Source: Comamonadaceae bacterium (lineage in GTDB: Bacteria; Pseudomonadota; Gammaproteobacteria; Burkholderiales; Burkholderiaceae_C). From it: a stretch of DNA of 64,000 nucleotides. Positions 18,896 through 27,227 of the stretch are shown here, in pieces; position 1 is the stretch's first letter, and every line of letters begins with the position of its first letter. The stretch is taken from positions 9,161 through 73,160 of the forward strand of contig CANFLX010000008.1 in assembly GCA_947447985.1 (NCBI GenBank), written 5' to 3'. The notes beneath the pieces are model-generated. The model searched no databases and had not been told where the DNA came from. It saw only the letters and a program-made list of their open reading frames with translations. The position numbers and the translations under genes were made by a program.

Positions 18896-20085
18896 CTATG
18901 AGAATCGCAGTTGCTGGTTGTGGGTATGTGGGTTTGAGTAACGCGGTTTTACTCTCGCAAAACCACACGGTCCTTGCCCTGGATTTGGACCCGTCCAAGG
19001 TGGCTGCTGTGAATGCGCGGCACTCGCCGATTGAAGACAAAGAGTTGGAAGAGTATCTGTCGTCTAAAAAACTGGACTTGACGGCCACCGTTGACAAACA
19101 TGCAGCCTTACATGGTGCGGACTACGTGATTGTGGCCACGCCCACAGACTATGACGTGCAGACCAACTATTTCAATACGCGCTCGGTGGAGTCGGTGGTA
19201 GCGGACGTGGCCGCCATCAGTCCGCAGGCCTGCGTGGTGATCAAGTCCACTGTGCCCGTGGGATTTACAGCGGGTTTGGCTGCGCAGTTTCCAGGTCTGA
19301 CGATCCTGTTTTCTCCAGAGTTTTTGCGCGAGGGCCGGGCGCTGTTTGACAATTTGCACCCCAGCCGGATTGTGGTGGGCGATACGCCGGGCACCTCCGA
19401 CGCACCCTCTGCCCCTGCGCAGCGTTTTGCACAACTGTTGCAAGAAGGCGCCTTGAAAGAACACGTGCCGGTGCTCATGACCGGCAGCACCGAGGCGGAA
19501 GCCATCAAATTGTTTGCCAACACCTATCTGGCCATGCGGGTGGCCTATTTCAATGAGCTGGACAGCTATGCGGCATCGCTGGGCATGGACACGCGCCAGA
19601 TTATTGATGGCGTGTGCCTGGATCCACGCATTGGCAACCATTACAACAACCCCTCATTCGGCTACGGCGGTTATTGCCTGCCCAAAGACACCAAGCAATT
19701 GCTGGCCAACTACAGCGAGGTGCCGCAAAACCTGATCCGCGCCATTGTGGATGCCAACAGCACCCGCAAAGATTTTGTCGCTTTTGATATTTTGAAGCGC
19801 AAGCCTAAAGTGGTTGGCATTTACCGCTTGGTGATGAAGGCGGGCAGTGACAATTTCCGGGCCAGCAGCGTGCAAGGCATCATGAAGCGGCTCAAAGCCA
19901 AAGGCGTGCATGTGATAGTGTACGAGCCAGTACTCCACGAGCCGGACTTTTACAATTCGCCCGTGGTGCATGATTTGGCCAAATTTAAGGCGCAAGCCGA
20001 TGTGATTGTGGCCAACCGCATGACGCAGGAATTGCAAGACGTGAGTGACCGGGTTTACACACGTGATTTGTTTGGACAAGACTGA
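18892..20085 (+). CDS. ugd: UDP-glucose 6-dehydrogenase
   Basis: [14 protein letters not shown] (NAD fold), FSPEFLREG, and [10 protein letters not shown] with the catalytic Cys. The ATG at 18892 overlaps the upstream stop; the ATG at 18898 is equally possible. Confidence 0.9.
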   Translation: MTMRIAVAGCGYVGLSNAVLLSQNHTVLALDLDPSKVAAVNARHSPIEDKELEEYLSSKKLDLTATVDKHAALHGADYVIVATPTDYDVQTNYFNTRSVESVVADVAAISPQACVVIKSTVPVGFTAGLAAQFPGLTILFSPEFLREGRALFDNLHPSRIVVGDTPGTSDAPSAPAQRFAQLLQEGALKEHVPVLMTGSTEAEAIKLFANTYLAMRVAYFNELDSYAASLGMDTRQIIDGVCLDPRIGNHYNNPSFGYGGYCLPKDTKQLLANYSEVPQNLIRAIVDANSTRKDFVAFDILKRKPKVVGIYRLVMKAGSDNFRASSVQGIMKRLKAKGVHVIVYEPVLHEPDFYNSPVVHDLAKFKAQADVIVANRMTQELQDVSDRVYTRDLFGQD

Positions 20086-20092
20086 GGGCCTT

Positions 20093-20986
20093 ATGAAGTT
20101 TCCTTTCTCCCTTTTCGGCAAAAAGTCGCAGCCTGCAAGGGGCGAAATGGAAGAAGTTCGCTTGGAGCCCGCGCCCTTTCCTGTGGACCAAGCGGTGGCA
20201 CAGGTGCAGGCGGCCACCGGCATGCAGTTCGGTTTGCCACCCACCCAGCAGTCCGAGCTTCAAGCGGCGGCGGTACTGTCCGTCTTGGAGCATCCTGCTG
20301 CGGCCACGCCCCCCGAATTTTCCGACGCGAAAGCTGAAACCCAGACGCTTCAGGTTTCAGATCCCCCGCCCATGCCGATGTCCACGCCAGTGGCAGTGCC
20401 AGTGCCAGTGGCAGTGCCAGCACCCGCATCCGCACCCGCACCGCAGCCCGTGGTGCCGGAGGCCAGAGCCGCTCAAGCAGCATCTCAAGCAACCGAGCAT
20501 GCACCGCCGGCAGCTGCGGTGCAGCCTTCCACCGATACCGAACCCCAAAGCGTGGTGGGCAGAGACGAGGTCATCGCGGCATACCGCCTGTTCTTGCGGC
20601 GGGATCCGGAGTCGGATGACGTGATTGCGCCACGCCTGGGCATTACCCGTGAGAAACTGCTCAGCACATTCATTGTGTCCCCCGAGTTTTTGCAGCGTGC
20701 TGAAAACGTCAACCTCGTGCTTGAGGTCGCGAAATCGGTGGAGTTGCGCCAAGTGGTTGCTGCAACGCCCGGTCTTCCGGTAGTGACGCAGGCTGATGTG
20801 GAGGCCGCTAAGCGGATTTTTTGGCCGCTGCCGGATGCCCCCTCGGTCCAACCCCAAGCAGGCGACAGTGTTGACCGGGCTATCGCTCAGTTGATGCGAT
20901 CAGATCAATTTCAAAGCAATACCTTCAACGCCCAGTTGGTCGCGGCTTTGGCCAAGCAGATCCTCGAGCGCTTGAACCAGAAGTGA
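20093..20986 (+). CDS. Hypothetical Pro/Ala-rich protein with C-terminal helical domain
   Basis: Start set at ATG 20093. Disordered middle with the PVAVPVPVAVPAPASAPAPQP repeat. C-terminal VIAAYRLFLRRDPESDDVI resembles the DUF4214-like motif seen in glycosylation loci; this is from memory. Confidence 0.55.
   Translation: MKFPFSLFGKKSQPARGEMEEVRLEPAPFPVDQAVAQVQAATGMQFGLPPTQQSELQAAAVLSVLEHPAAATPPEFSDAKAETQTLQVSDPPPMPMSTPVAVPVPVAVPAPASAPAPQPVVPEARAAQAASQATEHAPPAAAVQPSTDTEPQSVVGRDEVIAAYRLFLRRDPESDDVIAPRLGITREKLLSTFIVSPEFLQRAENVNLVLEVAKSVELRQVVAATPGLPVVTQADVEAAKRIFWPLPDAPSVQPQAGDSVDRAIAQLMRSDQFQSNTFNAQLVAALAKQILERLNQK
20387..20449 (+). repeat. Short tandem GTGGCAGTGCCA / GCACCCGCA repeats encoding (PVAV)n(PAxA)n
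   Basis: Direct read: ccagtggcagtgccagtgccagtggcagtgccagcacccgcatccgcacccgcaccgcagccc. Confidence 0.75.
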
Positions 20987-21026
20987 AAAATTCCAGCCGG
21001 TTTTCTCCTGGCGCCACCAGAGCCTG

Positions 21027-21587
21027 GTGTCTATGAGCATTCGCCAACTGAACGCGAACTATGTGCCGGAAGAGGATCGCGTGATGTTGCGATTTACAAC
21101 CGACAGCCAGGAGGAGTACCGGTTTTGGCTGACCCGTTCGGTGGTCAGCGCGCTGCTGGAGCAAACGCAGGCATTGGCAGTCAAAGTGCTGGAGCAGCAA
21201 GTCAGTGTGCACCAGGCCAGGGCGATTGCACAGTTCAAGCAACAGGCCTTGCAGCAAACCGCAACCTTCACCCAATTTGAGGGTGCCACGCGGTTTCCCT
21301 TGGGGGCCGAACCTGTGCTGGTTCGGTCGGTGCAGGCGCAGCGTCTCGAAAACGCTTCTGTTTTTGTCTGGGCCCTGCCGCGCGGGCAGCAACTTACCCT
21401 GAATTTGAACGAAGACCTGTTGGGTAAGCTGCAATTGCTGATGCAAAAGATGAATGAAGCTGCACGTTGGGCGATTGGCGCCTTGGCCGCGGCACCCTCC
21501 ATCGCTCCCGCTTCTGAGCAGGGTGCCAGCAGCCCTGAACAAGACGAGGCGACCGGTATCGCACAGCCCCCCAAGGTGTTGCATTGA
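21027..21587 (+). CDS. Hypothetical protein (186 aa), no recognisable domain
   Basis: ORF with a GTG 21027 or ATG 21033 start. Its stop overlaps the TTG start of the TPR-GT41 gene. N-terminus reads IRQLNANYVPEEDRVMLRFTTDSQEEYRFWLTRS. Confidence 0.5.
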   Translation: MSMSIRQLNANYVPEEDRVMLRFTTDSQEEYRFWLTRSVVSALLEQTQALAVKVLEQQVSVHQARAIAQFKQQALQQTATFTQFEGATRFPLGAEPVLVRSVQAQRLENASVFVWALPRGQQLTLNLNEDLLGKLQLLMQKMNEAARWAIGALAAAPSIAPASEQGASSPEQDEATGIAQPPKVLH

Positions 21588-23008
21588 CGGGTTCACTCGC
21601 ACAGGAGGTCGAACAAACGCTCGCAACGGCCCAACTGGCCTTGCAGCAAGCCCGCTGGGCCGAGGCGCATGCCGGGTTTTCTCGGGCGCTCAGTACCATG
21701 CCCCGCTCACCCCAGGTGCACCATAACCTGGGGGTCTGCCAATTGGCATTGGGTCGGTATGAACTGGCCAACCAAAGTGCTGAGCGCGCCATCGCCTTGT
21801 TGCCTTCGCTGTGGCAAAGCCGCTTGGTGCAGGGCCATGCGCTCCAAGCATCGGGGCGGTCCGAAGCGGCTGATTCTGCGTTTGCGCAAGTGCTGGTGGC
21901 GCAACCGGGCAATGGAGAAGCCTTGCTGGCGCGCGCCGATCTGGCGATCAATGTGTTTGGATTGCCATTGCAGGCCTCGCAATGGGTCAAGCCCCTGCTC
22001 ACGGATCCGGTCCACGCAGAGGATGCCCAACTGACCACCCTGATGGCCAGGCTTTATGACCGCGATGTTTCAGCCACTGCCTTGTCCCAAGCGGTGATGG
22101 AATTTTCTAAAACGCATCTGCGTTTGCCCACGGGCTTGCTGCCACCCTTGCCTCCTGTAAGGCAGCGAGACCGTCCCCGCGTTGCGCTGATATCCCCGTT
22201 GTTTGGCGTCTCGCCAGTCTATTTTTTGACGATTGCAGGTTGGCGGCACGTTGCCAAGGGATCGGACATTGTGGTCTTTAACCGTGGACACTTGTCGGAC
22301 TGGGCCACCGAGCAATTCAAGTCCCTTGCCACAGAGTGGTGGGACGTGCAGGAAATGCCCGCCCCTGACTTGGCACAGCGTATTCACCAGGCTGATATTG
22401 ATGTCCTCTACGACCTGGGCGGTTGGATGGATCCAGTGGCACTCCAAGCCCTGTCGGCCAAGCCTGCCCGTGCCATGTACAAATGGGTCGGTGGCCAAAG
22501 CCTTACCACCGGATTGGAGAGCTTTGACGGCTGGATTGGCGATGAATGGCAGTCGCCTGCCGCGTTGCAGCATCTGTACACCGAGCCCTTGGTCAATATT
22601 CCAGGCGGCTACGCCACCTACACGCCACCGCCCTATTTGCCCGATGCGCCGGTCCACAAGCACTCGACACCGGTGATTTTTTCCAATCCGGCCAAGTTGT
22701 CACGGGGATTTTTGTCCTGGTTGGCCAGGCTGCCGGGTCCCAAGCTGTTTGTGCACAGGCAGTTTCAGTTTGAGCGCACCCGCCACAAGGTGCTGCAGGC
22801 GCTGGGCGCGGCGGATGTCGAATTCGTTTGCCCCCACAGTCACCAGGAAGCCTTGGCGATTCTCGGACGGCACGAATGGATGATTGACACGTTCCCCTAT
22901 AGCAGCGGTTTGACCGCCCGCGAAGCCGTGGCCATGGGTATGAAAGTCAAAACGTTCAGTGGCGAACTCTTTTGCGAACGCCACAGTGTGCACCTGCAAA
23001 CCCGCTAG
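21584..23008 (+). CDS. TPR-repeat protein with SPINDLY/O-GlcNAc-transferase-like (GT41, COG3914-type) C-terminal domain
   Basis: N-terminal TPR-like helices. The C-terminal pattern matches GT41-like bacterial proteins: RVALISPLFG...IDVLYDLGGWMDP...WVGGQSLTTGL...YTEPLVNIPGGY...MIDTFPYSSGLTAREAVAMGM. The TTG start is uncertain. Confidence 0.7.
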   Translation: MTGSLAQEVEQTLATAQLALQQARWAEAHAGFSRALSTMPRSPQVHHNLGVCQLALGRYELANQSAERAIALLPSLWQSRLVQGHALQASGRSEAADSAFAQVLVAQPGNGEALLARADLAINVFGLPLQASQWVKPLLTDPVHAEDAQLTTLMARLYDRDVSATALSQAVMEFSKTHLRLPTGLLPPLPPVRQRDRPRVALISPLFGVSPVYFLTIAGWRHVAKGSDIVVFNRGHLSDWATEQFKSLATEWWDVQEMPAPDLAQRIHQADIDVLYDLGGWMDPVALQALSAKPARAMYKWVGGQSLTTGLESFDGWIGDEWQSPAALQHLYTEPLVNIPGGYATYTPPPYLPDAPVHKHSTPVIFSNPAKLSRGFLSWLARLPGPKLFVHRQFQFERTRHKVLQALGAADVEFVCPHSHQEALAILGRHEWMIDTFPYSSGLTAREAVAMGMKVKTFSGELFCERHSVHLQTR

Positions 23009-23036
23009 CGGGCGGGCGTATCGGCACGGCTTTGCC

Positions 23037-23672
23037 TCAGCGGAACAATTGCAAAAGCTGCTGCTTGTGCACTCGGGCGTCGAACCCCCTTGCGGCGCGG
23101 GAGGCATACAAGGCTCGGTCCCCGGGGTTGACGGGCGCACGCTCTTTCTCCCAGTCCACTTCCACCAGCACGCTGTGGGGTTCGTACACATAACGGCCTT
23201 GCTCGCGCGCAATGAGAGTGAGTTCAGTGTCCGCGAAATGGCTCAGGTAAGCAGCATGAAAAAATGTTCCGCCGTACACCGTTTGCGCCCAGGCACGCTC
23301 GGCCAGACCGAAAGCGGCCAATTGCCCCTGCCACTTCCCGTCGTTAAAGCCGAGCAAGCCCGCTTGTTTTGCCCGCATGGCCTGCACCGCGAGCGCGAGC
23401 CAGTCCCGTCCAGCAAATGCGTCTTGCGCCATATAGCCGAACCAAGGGCTGCGCGTTGCCGCAAAAGCTTGATTGACCGTTGCAATAAAGCCTTGGCGAC
23501 CTTCGTCATGCACCGCCAGCAACAGAGAGGCGACACCGGCACGGGAGGCCGCCAGGTTCGCAGCGCGCAGGGCCTGTCCTTCATCAATGAAGGGCATCAC
23601 CATGATGGGTCCATCGCACGCGATGGGCGCACTGCTTTTCAGGTCGGCGGAGCGCTCAAAGCGAACTTGCAT
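23037..23672 (-). CDS. Hypothetical protein, possibly nucleotide-diphospho-sugar transferase-like (~211 aa)
   Basis: Start set at ATG 23672. Same strand as yghU and 45 nt downstream of it. YMAQDAF and HFADTELTLIA are vaguely GT-A-like. Weak assignment. Confidence 0.4.
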   Translation of the reverse strand: MQVRFERSADLKSSAPIACDGPIMVMPFIDEGQALRAANLAASRAGVASLLLAVHDEGRQGFIATVNQAFAATRSPWFGYMAQDAFAGRDWLALAVQAMRAKQAGLLGFNDGKWQGQLAAFGLAERAWAQTVYGGTFFHAAYLSHFADTELTLIAREQGRYVYEPHSVLVEVDWEKERAPVNPGDRALYASRAARGFDARVHKQQLLQLFR

Positions 23673-23716
23673 GGTCAATGACGGAGAGGATTTCCCGCGG
23701 CGAATGGGCAAGCCCT

Positions 23717-24592
23717 TCAGGCTTTGCCCTGCAGCTTGTCCTGCGTTTGGGTGTCGAAGTCGCTGGCATCGTGGCGCTCATGCAACTGGTTTTCCAGCGG
23801 CCCCATCACCCGGTTGACCATGCGACCCCGACGTACCGCAGGGCGCTTGGCAATCTCGTCCGCCCAGCGGATGACGTGGGTGTACTCCTGCACTTGCAGG
23901 AACTCACCAGCCTCGTACAGCTGGCCCTTGGACATGCCGCCGTACCAGGGCCAGATGGCCATGTCGGCAATCGTGTAATCGTCGCCTGCGATAAAACGGC
24001 TCTCGGCCAAACGGCGGTTGAGCACGTCCATCTGGCGTTTGACCTCCATGGCAAAACGGTCGATGGCGTACTCGATTTTGAACGGCGCATAGGCATAAAA
24101 ATGGCCAAATCCGCCGCCCAGAAAGGGCGCGCTGCCCATCTGCCAGAACAGCCAGGACATGCACTCCGCGCGCAGGGCGGGCTCGGTGGGCACAAAGCAG
24201 CCGAATTTTTCTGCCAGGTACAGCAATATGGCGCCGGACTCAAACACCCGCACCGGCTTCTCGCCGCTGTAATCGATCAGCGCCGGGATTTTGGAGTTGG
24301 GGTTGGCGGCGACAAAGCCGCTGCCAAATTGCGCGCCCTCGTTGATGCGCACCAGCCAGGCGTCGTATTCCGCGCCGCTGTGGCCCAAGGCCAGCAGCTC
24401 TTCCAGCATCACAGTAACTTTGATGCCGTTGGGTGTGCCCAGAGAGTGCAGTTGCATCGGATGCTTGCCGCGTGGCAGCTCTTTGTCGTGCGTGGCACCG
24501 GCCACGGGACGGTTGATGTTGGCAAAGCGTCCGCCGTTGGCTTTGTTCCAGGCCCAGACTTTGGGGGGGATGTAGGCGTTTGAATCGGTCAT
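23717..24592 (-). CDS. yghU: Nu-class glutathione S-transferase YghU
   Basis: Near-colinear with E. coli YghU: PPKVWAWNKANGGRFANINRPVAGATHDKELPRGKHPMQLHSLGTPNG...FGHFYAYAPFKIEYAIDRF...HERHDASDF. Confidence 0.9.
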   Translation of the reverse strand: MTDSNAYIPPKVWAWNKANGGRFANINRPVAGATHDKELPRGKHPMQLHSLGTPNGIKVTVMLEELLALGHSGAEYDAWLVRINEGAQFGSGFVAANPNSKIPALIDYSGEKPVRVFESGAILLYLAEKFGCFVPTEPALRAECMSWLFWQMGSAPFLGGGFGHFYAYAPFKIEYAIDRFAMEVKRQMDVLNRRLAESRFIAGDDYTIADMAIWPWYGGMSKGQLYEAGEFLQVQEYTHVIRWADEIAKRPAVRRGRMVNRVMGPLENQLHERHDASDFDTQTQDKLQGKA

Positions 24593-24607
24593 GGGTATCG
24601 GGGTCCG

Positions 24608-27181
24608 TTAATGGGTGTTGGCGATTTTTGCTGCAATGTGGGCCATGGCTTCTTCCACCTGGTCCACCAGAATCAGGCACAGCTCGCCTTCCTTGAGCGC
24701 GTCCATGGCCTGGTCAATGGCCAGGAACTCGCCGTAAATCTCAAAGCGCTGGGTCGCCTTTTTGGCACCGACCAGGCCGTCGCGCAGCAAGGCCATCACT
24801 TCGCCGTCGCTGCGTCCGCGCTGGCATTGGTCTTCGAACATCACCACCTCGTCAAAGGTGTCGCCCAATATTTCGGTCATTTGGCGGATGTCCTGGTCGC
24901 GCCGGTCACCCGCGCCGCTGATCACCACCGAGCGACGGGTCGCAGGCATGGTCTGGACGGCATTCACCAGCGCCACCATGGCGTCCGGGTTGTGGCCGTA
25001 ATCGGCAATCACCGTGGCGCCCCGGAATTGGTACATATTGAAGCGCCCGGCGGCGTTGTCCTCATCGGTGGAGAAACTGGCCAGGCCGCGACGGATGGTT
25101 TCCCAGTCCAGGCCCAAGGCCCACACCGCCGCCACGCTGGCCATCACGTTCTCGACCTGAAAACCAATGGTGCCGCCCAAAGTGACGGGGATATCGGCCA
25201 GGTTGACGTAGTGCTTGACCGCGCCTTTGGCCGCCACCAACTGCTGGTTCTCCACATACACCCCGCCATGGCCCTGGGCCAGGTGGGTGGTCATCACCGG
25301 GTTGGATTTGTCCAAAGCAAAAAACGTGACCGCGCCCTTGCATTTGGCCGCCATCTTGGCCACCACCGGGTCTGCTGCATTGAGCACCGCCGTGCCCTTG
25401 GGGGAGACGTTTTGCACGATGACGCGTTTGAGCACCGCCAACTCGTCCACCGTGGTGATGTAGTTCAGGCCCAAGTGGTCACCGCTGCCCACATTGGTCA
25501 CGACGGCCACGTCGCAGTAGTCAAAGGCCAGGCCTTCACGCAGCACGCCGCCACGCGCCGTCTCCAGCACGGCGGCGTCGACATCGGGGTGGTGCAGCAC
25601 ACTTTTGGCACTCTTGGGGCCACTGCAATCACCGGTGTCAATGCACTCGCCGCCCACATAGACACCGTCGGTATTGGTCATGCCCACACACCAACCCTGC
25701 TGGGTCAGCAAATGCGAGATCAGGCGCACCGTGGTGGTTTTTCCGTTGGTGCCGGTCACGGCCACGATAGGAATGCGGCCATCCTGCCCAGGTTTAAAAA
25801 GCTGGGAAATGATGGCCTCGCCCACCGGCCGTCCTTTGCCGAAAGAAGGGCTCAGGTGCATGCGCAGGCCCGGTGCGGCATTGACTTCCACCACGCCGCC
25901 GCCTTGCTCTTCAATCGGGCGAAGAATGCTGTCGCAGACCAGGTCCACACCGCAAATATGCAGACCCACCATGTGCGCCGCGGCCACGGCCCGCGCTGCC
26001 ACGTCCGGGTGCACGTCGTCGGTCACATCGGTGGCCGAACCACCGGTGGACAGGTTGGCGTTGTTGCGCAAATTGACGCGCTGGCCTTTGGCCGGAATCG
26101 TGTCCGCGCGAAAGCCCTGGCCCGCCAGGCAGGCATGGGCAATGTCGTCAAAACGGATTTTGGTCAGCGAGGTGGCGTGACCGCTGCCGCGCTTGGGGTC
26201 TTGATTGACGATGTTTACCAACTGCTCTATGGTGTGCACGCCGTCGCCCACCACCTTGGGCGGGTCGCGCCGCGCGGCGGCGACCAGCTTGTCGCCCACC
26301 ACCAACAGGCGGAAATCATTGCCCGGCATGTAACGCTCCACCAGGATGCGGTCGCGGAACTCGGTAGCCACGGCATAGGCGGCGCGCAACTGGTCTTCTT
26401 GCGTGATATTGACCGTCACGCCTTTGCCCTGGTTGCCGTCCAGGGGCTTGACCACCACCGGCAGACCGATTTCCAGCGCCGCTTGCCATGCGTCATCGGC
26501 ATCGCTCACTGCGCGGCCCAAGGGCACGGGGACGCCTGCGGCATGCAACAGCTTTTTGGTGAGTTCTTTGTCTTGGGCAATGGCTTCGGCAATGGCGCTG
26601 GTGGCGTCAATCTCGGCCGCCTGAATGCGTCGCTGTTTGCTGCCCCAGCCAAAGCGCACCATGCTGCCGCTGGTCATGCGGCTGTACGGAATGTTGCGCG
26701 CCACCGCGGCATTGACGACCGAGCCCGTGCTGGGGCCTAAGCGCACATCTTCGTCAAGCTCGCGCAATTGGTCCAGCGCGCTGGCCAGGTCAAAAGCGGT
26801 GTCGTCCACGGCGGCGGTGCACAGGCTTTCAGCCAATTCAAACGCCAGGCGGCCGACGTCTTCTTCGCTGTACTCCACGACAACCTGGAACACGCCCGAC
26901 TCCAGCGTGGGCTTGGCGCAACTGAAAGTGACCGGGCAACCGGCCTGGGCTTGCAGGCCCAGTGCAGCGAGTTCGAGCACGCGGGCCATGGAGACCGCTT
27001 CGTCACTGCCAATGGTTTGAAAGGGGCTGATCTCGGGAAAGCGGGCCCGCAGCCGTGTCTCAAATCCGGGCAAAAGGGTGACATCGCACTCTTGCGCACT
27101 GCACGAGACGACCGCCTGGATGGCCGTGTGGTGACTCCAGAGATTGGGGCCGCGCAGGGCGCGGATGCGGGTGACTTCCAT
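24608..27181 (-). CDS. cphA: Cyanophycin synthetase (full-length: N domain, ATP-grasp G domain, Mur-ligase-like M domain)
   Basis: 857 aa. N-terminus reads RALRGPNLWS. The M-domain P-loop VAVTGTNGKTTTVRL is intact, and the Mur-ligase C-terminal domain is present (ADYGHNPDA...ISGAGDRRD). Confidence 0.9.
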   Translation of the reverse strand: MEVTRIRALRGPNLWSHHTAIQAVVSCSAQECDVTLLPGFETRLRARFPEISPFQTIGSDEAVSMARVLELAALGLQAQAGCPVTFSCAKPTLESGVFQVVVEYSEEDVGRLAFELAESLCTAAVDDTAFDLASALDQLRELDEDVRLGPSTGSVVNAAVARNIPYSRMTSGSMVRFGWGSKQRRIQAAEIDATSAIAEAIAQDKELTKKLLHAAGVPVPLGRAVSDADDAWQAALEIGLPVVVKPLDGNQGKGVTVNITQEDQLRAAYAVATEFRDRILVERYMPGNDFRLLVVGDKLVAAARRDPPKVVGDGVHTIEQLVNIVNQDPKRGSGHATSLTKIRFDDIAHACLAGQGFRADTIPAKGQRVNLRNNANLSTGGSATDVTDDVHPDVAARAVAAAHMVGLHICGVDLVCDSILRPIEEQGGGVVEVNAAPGLRMHLSPSFGKGRPVGEAIISQLFKPGQDGRIPIVAVTGTNGKTTTVRLISHLLTQQGWCVGMTNTDGVYVGGECIDTGDCSGPKSAKSVLHHPDVDAAVLETARGGVLREGLAFDYCDVAVVTNVGSGDHLGLNYITTVDELAVLKRVIVQNVSPKGTAVLNAADPVVAKMAAKCKGAVTFFALDKSNPVMTTHLAQGHGGVYVENQQLVAAKGAVKHYVNLADIPVTLGGTIGFQVENVMASVAAVWALGLDWETIRRGLASFSTDEDNAAGRFNMYQFRGATVIADYGHNPDAMVALVNAVQTMPATRRSVVISGAGDRRDQDIRQMTEILGDTFDEVVMFEDQCQRGRSDGEVMALLRDGLVGAKKATQRFEIYGEFLAIDQAMDALKEGELCLILVDQVEEAMAHIAAKIANTH

Positions 27182-27227
27182 GGCGTGATTGGGTGTTGGT
27201 GCTCGGTGGAGCGTAGCAGTAAGGGGC

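Noticed and set aside
14961-23008. I considered the low-GC glycosylation island as a mobile genomic island.
   Set aside because: It has no integrase, transposase, tRNA attachment site or flanking direct repeats that I could see. Only the compositional deviation supports foreign origin.
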